Assembly (NCBI RefSeq): GCF_009914755.1
Contig: NC_060933.1
Origin: the human T2T-CHM13v2.0 reference genome, Homo sapiens
DNA: 64,000 bases
Reading direction: 5' to 3' (one strand)
Numbering within the stretch: position 1 is the first letter of the stretch; every line of letters begins with the position of its first letter. The position numbers and the translations under genes were made by a program. This document shows positions 54,681 through 64,000 of this stretch, in pieces. Below the pieces are notes generated by a model. It saw nothing but the letters and a program-made list of their open reading frames with translations. It ran no database searches and had not been told where the DNA came from.

Positions 54681-55578
54681 AATCAACCCGAGTGCAATGG
54701 AATGGAGTGGAATGGAATGGAATGGAATGGAACAACCCGAATGGAATGGAATGTAATGGAGAGTAAGGGAGTTGAATAGAATCAATCCGAATGTAATGGA
54801 ATGGAATGCAACGGAATGGAATGTAATGGAATGGAATGGAATGCAATGGAATGCAATCAACCCGAGTACAATGGAATGGAATGGAATGGAATGGAATGGA
54901 ACGGAATGGAACCGAATGGAATGGAATGGAATGGAATGGAATGGTATGGAATGGAATGGAATGGTACGGAATAGAATGGAATGGAACGAACTGTAATGGA
55001 ATGGGATTGAATGGAATGGAATGGAATGGAATGGAATCAACGCGAGAGCAGGGGAATGTAATGGAACGGAATGCAATGGAATGGAATCATCCGGAATTGA
55101 ATGGAATGGAATGGAATGGAATGGAATGGAATCAACCCGAGTGCAATGGAATGGAGTGGAATGGAATGGAATGGAATGGAACAACCCGAATGGAATGGAA
55201 TGTAATGGAGAGTAAGGGAGTTGAATAGAATCAATCCGAATGTAATGGAATGGAATGCAACGGAATGGAATGTAATGGAATGGAATGGAATGCAATGGAA
55301 TGCAATCAACCCGAGTACAATGGAATGGAATGGAATGGAATGGAATGGAACGGAATGGAACCGAATGGAATGGAATGGAATGGAATGGAATGGTATGGAA
55401 TGGAATGGAATGGTACGGAATAGAATGGAATGGAACGAACTGTAATGGAATGGGATTGAATGGAATGGAATGGAATGGAATGGAATCAACGCGAGAGCAG
55501 GGGAATGTAATGGAACGGAATGCAATGGAATGGAATCATCCGGAATTGAATGGAATGGAATGGAATGGAATGGAATGG
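54681..55578 (-). repeat. Near-perfect 449-bp tandem duplication
   Basis: ACCGAATGG at 54911/55360 and CGCGAGAGCAGG at 55041/55490. ORFs 54772..54996 and 55221..55445 give identical translations. Confidence 0.92.
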
Positions 55579-58500
55579 AATCAACCGGAGTGAAATGGAA
55601 TGGAATGGAATGGAATGGAATGGAATGGAACAACCCGAATGGAATGGAATGTAATGGAGAGTAAGGGAGTTGAATAGAATGAATCCGAATGTAATGGAAT
55701 GGAATGCAACGGAATGGAATGGAATGGAATGGAATGGAATGCAATGGAATGGAATCAACCCGAGTACAATGGAATGGAATGGAATGGAATGGAATGGAAT
55801 GGAATGGAATGGAATGATACGGAATAGAATGGAATGGAACGAAATGGAATGGAATGGAATGGAATGGATTGGAATGCAATGGAATGGAATCGTTCCGAGT
55901 GGAATAGGAGGGAATGTATTCGAGTGGAATGGAAAGGAATGGAATCAACCAGAGTGGAATGGAAGGGAATGGAATGGAATGGAAACTAATAGAATGGAAT
56001 CAACCCGAGTGGAATGGAATGGAAAGGACTGGAATGGAATGGAATGGAATGGAATCAACTCGATTGTAATGGAATGGAATGGAATGGAATGGAATGGAAT
56101 GAAATTAACCCGAATACAATGGAATGGAATGGAACGGAATGGAGTGGATTGGAATGGAATCAACCCGAGTGCAGGGGATTAGAATGGTATGGAATGCAAC
56201 GGAATGGAATCATCCGGAATGGAATGGAATGCAAAGCAATGGAATCAACTCGATTGCAATGGAATGGAATGGAATGGAAAGGAATACATTGGAATCAACC
56301 CGAGTGGAATGGAATGGAAAGGAGTGGAATGGAGTGGAATGGAATGGAATGGAATGGAATGGAATCAACTCGATTGGAATGGAATAGAATGTAATGGAAT
56401 TGAATGGAATTAACCCGAAGAGAATGGAGTTGAATGGAATGTAACGGAACGGAATGGAATGGAATGGAATGGAATGGAATGGAATGGAATGGAATCAACC
56501 CGACTGCAGGGGAATGGAATGGAATGGAATGCAATGGAATGGATTCAACTTGAATGGAATGGAAAGAATGGAATCAACACGAGTGGAATGGCATGGATTG
56601 GAATGGAATGCAATGGAATCAACCCGAGTACAGGGGAATGGAATGGAATGGAATGCAATGGAATGGAATCATCCGTAATGGAATGGAAAGGAATATAATG
56701 GAATGGAATGGAATGGAATGGAATGGAATCAACTCGATTGCAATCGAATGGAATGGAATGGAATTAAACCGAATAGAATGGAATGGATTGGAATGGAATG
56801 GAACGGAACGGAATGGAATGGAATGGAATGGATTGGAACGGAAAGGAATTGAATGGAATGGAATGGAATGGAATGGAATCAACGCGAGTGCAGGGGAATG
56901 TAATGGAACGGAATGCAAAGGAATTGAATCATCCGGAATGGAATGGAATGGAATGGAATGGAATGGAATGGAATGGAATCAACCCGAGTGCAATGGAATG
57001 GAGTGGAATGGAATGGAATGGAATGGAATGGAATGGAATGGAATGGAATGCAATGGAATGGAATCAACCCGAGTGCAATGGAATGGAATCGAATGGAATG
57101 GAATGCAATGGAATGGATTCAACTTGAATGGAATGGAAAGAATGGAATCAACACGAGTGGAATGGCATGGATTGGAATGGAATGGAATTAACCCGAATAG
57201 AATGGAATGGAATGGAATGGAACGGAATGGAATGGAATGGAATGGAATGGAATGGAATGGAATGGAATCAACCCGACTGCAGGGGAATGGAATGGAATGG
57301 AATGCAATGGAATGGATTCAACTTGAATGGAATGGAAAGAATGGAATCAACACGAGTGGAATGGCATGGATTGGAATGGAATGGAATGGAATCAACCCGA
57401 GTACAGGGGAATGGAATGGAATGGAATGCAATGGAATGGAATCATCCGTAATGGAATGGAAAGGAATGGAATGGAATGGAATGGAATGCAATAGAATGGA
57501 ATGGAATCAACTCGATTGCAATCGAACGGAATGGAATGGAATTAACCCGAATAGAATGGAATGGAATGGAATGGAACGGAAAGCAATGGAATGGAATGGA
57601 ATGGAATGGAATGCAATGGAACGGAACGGAATGGAATGGAATGGAATGGAATGGAACGGAATGGAATCAAAGCGAGTGCAGGGGAATGGAATGGATTGGA
57701 ATGCAATGGAATGGAATCTTCCGGAATGGAATGGAATGGAATGAAATGCAATGGATTCAACTCGATTGCAATGGAATGGAATAGAATGGAATGGAATGGA
57801 ATGGAATGGAATTAATCCGAATAGAATGGAATGGAATGGAATGGAACGGAATGGAACGGAATGGAATGGAATGGAATGGAATGGAATGGTATGGAATGGA
57901 ATGGAATGGTACGGAATAGAATGGAATGGAACGAATTGTAATGGAATGGAATTGAATGGAATGGAATGGAATGGAATGGAATCAACGCGAGTGCAGGGGA
58001 ATGTAATGGAACGGAATGCAATGGAATGCAATCGTCCGGAATGGAATGGAATGGAATGGAATGGAATGGAATGGAATGGAATGGAATGGAATGGAATCAA
58101 CCCGAGTGCAATGGAATGGAGTGGAATGGAATGGAATGGAATGGAGTGGAATGGAATGGAATGGAATGGAACAACCCGAATGGAATGGAATGTAATGGAG
58201 AGTAAGGGAGTTGAATAGAATCAATCCGAATGTAATAGAATGGAATGCAACGGAATGGAATGGAATGGAATGGAATGGAATGGAATGGAATGCAATGGAA
58301 TTGAATCAACCTGAGTACAATGGAATGGAATGCAATGGAATGGAATGGAATGGAATGGAATGGAATGATACGGAATAGAATGGAATGGAACGAAATGGAA
58401 TAGAATGGAATGGAATGGAATGGAATGGAATGGAATGGAATGGAATGGAATCGTTCCGAGTGGAATAGGAGGGAATGTATTCGAGTGGAATGGAAAGGAA

Positions 58501-59059
58501 TGGTATCAACCAGAGTGGAATGGAAGGGAATAGAATGGAATGGAAATTAATAGAATGGAATCAACCCGAGTGGAATGGAATGGAAAGGACTGGAATGGAA
58601 TGGAATGGAATGGAATCAACTCGATTGTAATGGAATGGAATGGAATGGAATGGAATGGAATTAACCCGAATACAATGGAATGGAATGGAATGGAACGGAA
58701 TAGAATGGAATGGAATGGAATCAACCCGAGTGCAGGGGAATGGAATGGAATGGAATGCAATGGAATGGAATCATCCGGAATGGAATGGAATGGAATGGAA
58801 TGCAAAGCAATGGAATCAACTCGATTGCAATGGAATGGAATGGAATGGAAAGGAATACATTGGAATCAACCCGAGTGGAATGGAATGGAAAGGACTGGAA
58901 TGGAGTGGAATGGAATGGAATGGAATGGAATCAACTCGATTGGAATGGAATGGAATGGAATGGAATGGAATTAACCCGAATAGAATGGAATGGAATGGAA
59001 TGGAACGGAACGGAACGGAACGGAATGGAATGGAATGGAATGGAATGGAATGGAATGGA

Positions 59060-62000
59060 ATGGAATCAACCCGACTGCAGGGGAATGGAATGGAATGGAA
59101 TGCAATGGAATGGATTCAACTTGAATGGAATGGAAAGAATGGAATCAACACGAGTGGAATGGCATGGATTGGAATGGAATGGAATGGAATCAACCCGAGT
59201 ACAGGGGAATGGAATGGAATGGAATGCAATGGAATGGAATCATCCGTAATGGAATGGAAAGGAATGGAATGGAATGGAATGGAATGGAATGGAATGGAAT
59301 GGAATCAACTCGATTGCAATCGAATGGAATGGAATGGAATTAACCCGAATAGAATGGAATGGAATGGAATGGAACGGAACGGAACGGAATGGAATGCATT
59401 GGAATGGAATGGAATGGAATGGAACGGAACGGAAAGGAATGGAATGGAATGGAATGGAATGGAATGGAATGGAATGGAATGGAATAAACCCGAGTGCAAT
59501 GGAATGGAGTGGAATGGAATGGAATGGAATGGAACAACCCGAATGGAATGGAATGTAATGGAGAGTAAGGGAGTTGAATAGAATCAATCCGAATGTAATG
59601 GAATGGAATGGAACGGAATGGAATTGAATGGAATGGAATGGAATGCAATGGAATGGAATCAACCCGAGTGCAATGGAATGGAGAGGAATGGAATGGAATG
59701 GAATGGAAACTACCCGAATGGAATGGAATGTAATGGATTGTAAGGGAATTGAATAGAATCAATCCGAATGTAATGGAATGGAATGGAACGGAATGGAATG
59801 GAATGGAATGGAATGGAATGGAATGCAACGGAATGGAATCAACCCGAGTGCAATCGAATGGAATCGAATGGAATGGAATGCAATGGAATGGATTCAACTT
59901 GAATGGAATGGAAAGAATGGAATCAACACGAGTGGAATGGCATGGATTGGAATGGAATGGAATGGAATCAACCCGAGTACAGGGGAATGGAATGGAATGG
60001 AATGCAATGGAATGGAAACATCCGGAAGGGAATGGAAAGGAATGGAATGGAATGGAATGGAATGGAGTCAACTTGATTGCAATCGAATGGAATGGAATGG
60101 AATTAACCCGAATAGAATGGAATGGAATGGAATGGAACGGAACGGAATGGAATGGAATGGAATGGAATGGAATGGAACGGAACGGAACGGAATGGATGGA
60201 ATGGAATGGAATGGAATGGAATGGAATCAACGCGAGTGCAGGGGAATGGAATGGAATGGAATGCAATGGAATGGAATCTTCCGGAATGGAATGGAATGGA
60301 ATGGAATGGAATGAAATGCAATGGATTCAACTCGAATGCAATGGAATGGAACAGAATGGAATGGAATGGAATGGAACAGAATGGAACGGAATGGAACGGA
60401 ATGGAATGGAATGGAATGGTATGGAATGGAATCGAATGGTACGGAATAGAATGGAATGGAACGAATTGTAATGGAATGGAATTGAATGAAATGGAATGGA
60501 ATGGAATGGAATCAACGCGAGTGCAGGGGAATGTAATGGAACGGAATGCAATGGAATGGAATCATCCGGAATGGAATGGAATGGAATGGAATGGAATGGA
60601 ATGGAATGGAATGGAATCAACCCGATGCAATGGAATGGAGAGGAATGGAATGGAATGGAATGGAAACTACCCGGATGGAATGGAATGTAATGGAGAGTAA
60701 GGGAGTTGAAAAGAATCAATCCGAATGTAATGGAATGGAATGGAACGGAATGGAATGGAATGGAATGGAATGGAATGCAATGCAATGGAATGGAATCAAC
60801 CCGAGTACAATGGAATGGAATGGAATGGAATGGAATGGAATGGAATGCAATGGAATGGAATCTTCCGGAATACAATGGAATGGAATGGAATGGAATGGAA
60901 TGGAATGGAATGCAATGGATTCAACTCGATTGCAATGGAATGGAATAGAATGGAATGGAATGGAATGGAATGGAATGGAATTAAACCGAATAGAATGGAG
61001 TGGAATGGAATGGAACGGAACAGAACGGAACGGAACGGAACGGAGTGGAATGGAATGGAATGGAATTGTATGGAATGGAATGGAATGGTACGGAATAGAA
61101 TGGAATGGAAAGAATTGGAATGGAATGGAATCGAATGGAATGGAATGGAATGGAATGGAATCAACCCGAGTGCAGGGGAATGTAATGGAACGGAATGCAA
61201 TGGAATGGAATCATCCGGAATGGAATGGAATGGAATGGAATGGAATGCAATGGAATGGAATCAACCCGAGCGCAATGGAATGGAGTGGAATGGAATGGAA
61301 TGGAATGGAACAACCCGAATGGAATGTAATGTAATGGAGAGTAAGGGAGTTGAATAGAATCAATCCGAATGTAATGGAATGGAACGGAATGGAATGGAAT
61401 GGAATGGAATGGAATGGAATGGAATGGAATGCAATGGAATGGAATCAACCCGAGTACAATGGAACGGAATGGAATGGAATGTAATGGAATGGAATGGAAT
61501 GGAATGGAATGGAATGGAATGGAATGGAATCAACCCGAGTGCAATGGAATGGAGAGGAATGGAATGGAATGGAAAGGAAACTACCCGAATGGAATGGAAT
61601 GTAATGGAGTGTAAGGGAATTGAATAGAATCAATCCGAATGGAATGGAATAGAATGGAAGGGAATGTAATGGAATGGAATGGAATGGAATCAACCCGAGT
61701 GCAGGGGAATGGAATGGAATGGAATGCAATGGAATGGAATCATCCGGAATGGAACGGAATGGAATGTAATGGAATGGAATGGAATCAACCCGAGTGCAAT
61801 GGAATGGAGTGAAATGGAATGGAATGGAGACAACCAGAATGGATTGGAATATAATGGAGTGTAAGGGAATTGAATAGAATCAATCTGAATGTAATGAAAT
61901 GGAATGGAACAGAATGGAATGGAATGGAACGGAATGGAATGGAATGCAATGGAATGGAATCAACCCGAGTGCAATCGAATGGAATCGAATGGAATGGAAT

Positions 62001-64000
62001 GCAATGGAATGGATTCAACTTGAATGGAATGGAAAGAATGGAATCAACACGAGTGGAATGGCATGGATTGGAATTGAATGGAATGGAATCAACCCGAGTA
62101 TAGGGGAATGGAATGGAATGGAATGCAATGGAATGGAATCATCCGTAATGGAATGGAAAGGAATGGAATGGAATGGAATGGAATGGAATCAACTCGATTG
62201 CTATCGAATGGAATGGAATGGAATTAACCTGAAAAGAATGGAATGGAATGGAATGGAACGGAACGGAATGGAATGGAATGGAATGGAATGGAATGGAATG
62301 GAAAGGAAAGGAATGGAATGGAATGGAATAGAATGGAATGGAATGGAATCAACGCGAGTGGAGGGGATTGGAATGGAATGGAATGCAATGGAATGGAATC
62401 TTCCGGAATGGAATGGAATGGAATGGAATGGAATGGAATGGAATGGAATCAACCCGAGTGCAATGGAATGGAGTGGAATGGAATGGAATGGAATGGAACA
62501 ACCCGAATGGAATGGAATGTAATGGAGAGTAAGGGAGTTGAATAGAATCAATCTGAATGTAATGGAATGGAATGGAACGGAATGGAATTGAATGGAATGG
62601 AATGGAATGCAATGGAATGGAATCAACCCGAGTGCAATGGAATGGAGAGGAATGGAATGGAATGGAATGGAAACTACCCGAATGGAATGGAATGTAATGG
62701 AGTGTAAGGGAATTGAATAGAATCAATCCGAATGTAATGGAATGGAATGGAACGGAATGTAATGGAATGGAATGGAATGGAATGGAATGCAATGGAATGG
62801 AATCATCCATAATGGAATGGAAAGGAATGGAATGGAATGGAATGGAATGGAATGGAATGGAATGGAATGGAATCAACTCGATTGCAATCGAATGGAATGG
62901 AATGGAATTAACCCGAATAGAATGGAATGGAATGGAATGGAAAGGAACGGAATGGAATGGAATGGAATGGAATGGAATGGAATGGAATGGAATGGAACGG
63001 AACGGAATGGAATGGAATGGAATGGAATGGAATCAACGCGAGTGCAGGGGAATGGAATGGAATGGAATGCAATGAAATGGAATCATCCGGAATGGAATGG
63101 AATGGAATGGAATGGAATGGAATGGAATGGAATCAACCCGAGTGCAATGGAATGGAGTGGAATGGAATGGAATGGAATGGAACAACCCGAATGGAATGGA
63201 ATGTAATGGAGAGTAAGGGAGTTGAATAGAATCAATACGAATGTAATGGAATAGAATGCAACGGAATGGAATGTAATGGAATGGAATGGAATGCAATGGA
63301 ATGGAATCAACCCGAGTACAATGGAATGGAATGGAATGGAATGGAATGGAATGGAATCATCCGGAATGGAATGGAATGGAATGGAATGGAATGGAATGGA
63401 ATGGAATCAAATCGATTTCAATGGAATGGAATGGAATAGAATGGAATGGAATAAACACGAAAGAATGGAATGGAATGGAATGGAATGGAAAAGAAAGGAA
63501 TGGAATGCAATGGAATGGAATCAACTCAAGTGCAGGGGAATGGAATGCAATGGAATTCAATGGAATGGAATCATCCGGAATGGAATGGAATGGAATGGAA
63601 TGGAATGGAATGGAATGGAATCAACCCGAGTGCAATGGAATGGAGAGGAATGGAATGGAATGGAATGGAAACTACGCGAATGGAATGGAATGTAATGGAG
63701 TGTAAGGGAATTGAATAGAATGAATCCGAATGGAATGGAATGGAATGGAATGGAAAGGAATGGAATGGAATGGAATGGAATGCAATGCCATGGAATCAAC
63801 CCGAGTGCAATCGAATGGAATCGAATCGAATGGAATGCAATGTAATGGATTCAACTTGAATGGAATGGAAAGAATGGAATCAACACTAGTGCAATGGCAT
63901 GGATTGGAATGGAATGGAATGGAATCAACTCGATTGCAATCGAATGGAATGGAATGGAATTAACGCGAATAGAATGGAATGGAATGGAATGGAATGGAAC
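59060..64000 (-). repeat. Copy 2 of the ~15.85 kb-offset duplication (runs close to the window end)
   Basis: Carries the same ordered markers as 43140-48100, at offsets of 15,826-15,926 bp. Confidence 0.88.

Larger units (their letters stand above)
25875..64000 (-). repeat. Satellite III (HSat3) array in the opposite orientation, GGAAT-rich strand on +
   Basis: Continuous (GGAAT)n with CAACCCGAGT, CAACTCGATTGC and TAACCCGAATAG, which are the reverse complements of the left-arm motifs. Confidence 0.97.
43131..64000 (-). repeat. HSat3 dialect B domain 2 (inverted relative to B domain 1)
   Basis: Contains CAACCCGACTGCAGGGG, GGATTCAACTTGAATGGAATGGAAAGAATGG, GGAATAGGAGGGAATGTATTC, GGAGAGTAAGGGAGTTG and GGAATCTTCCGG, the reverse complements of the B1 motifs. 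It begins abruptly at ~43141. Confidence 0.75.

Noticed and set aside
56554-57744. 396-aa ORF (MEWNG repeats) and the other G-strand ORFs
   Set aside because: This is the translation of (GGAAT)n with an ATG every 5 bp. It is a low-complexity artefact with no evidence of coding selection.
1-64000. CRISPR-like alternation of repeats and variable 'spacers'
   Set aside because: The 'spacers' are a small recurring vocabulary of mutated pentamers rather than unique sequences. There is no constant 25-45 bp repeat, leader or cas gene.
1-64000. HSat2, alpha satellite or telomeric repeat identity
   Set aside because: The window lacks the dominant CATTCGATTCCATTCGATGAT HSat2 unit, 171-bp monomers and TTAGGG runs (only isolated TTAGGG at ~198, ~1228 and ~2872).

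Overview
The whole 64 kb window is classical Satellite III DNA (HSat3, human/great-ape type). It is a (CATTC)n/(GGAAT)n pentamer array with recurring variant motifs such as A(C/T)TCGGGTTG / CAACCCGA(G/A)T. I see no credible protein-coding genes, RNA genes, transposons or CRISPR arrays, and every ORF in the track is a stop-free translation of the pentamer (MEWNG/IPFHS repeats). The structure lies in the satellite itself. (1) There is one clean strand-polarity switch at ~25,873-25,876, with CATTC on + to the left and GGAAT on + to the right. (2) Two motif dialects, which I label A and B, are arranged A-B-A | inversion | A-B. (3) Perfect three-unit heat-shock elements (GGAATCTTCCGGAAT) occur about 23 times, only in the B domains. 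(4) Duplications are nested at several scales, from ~50 bp to offsets of ~15.85 kb and ~21.6 kb. All coordinates and counts were read by eye from marker motifs and are approximate unless stated. The chromosome and formal HSat3 subfamily cannot be assigned without alignment.
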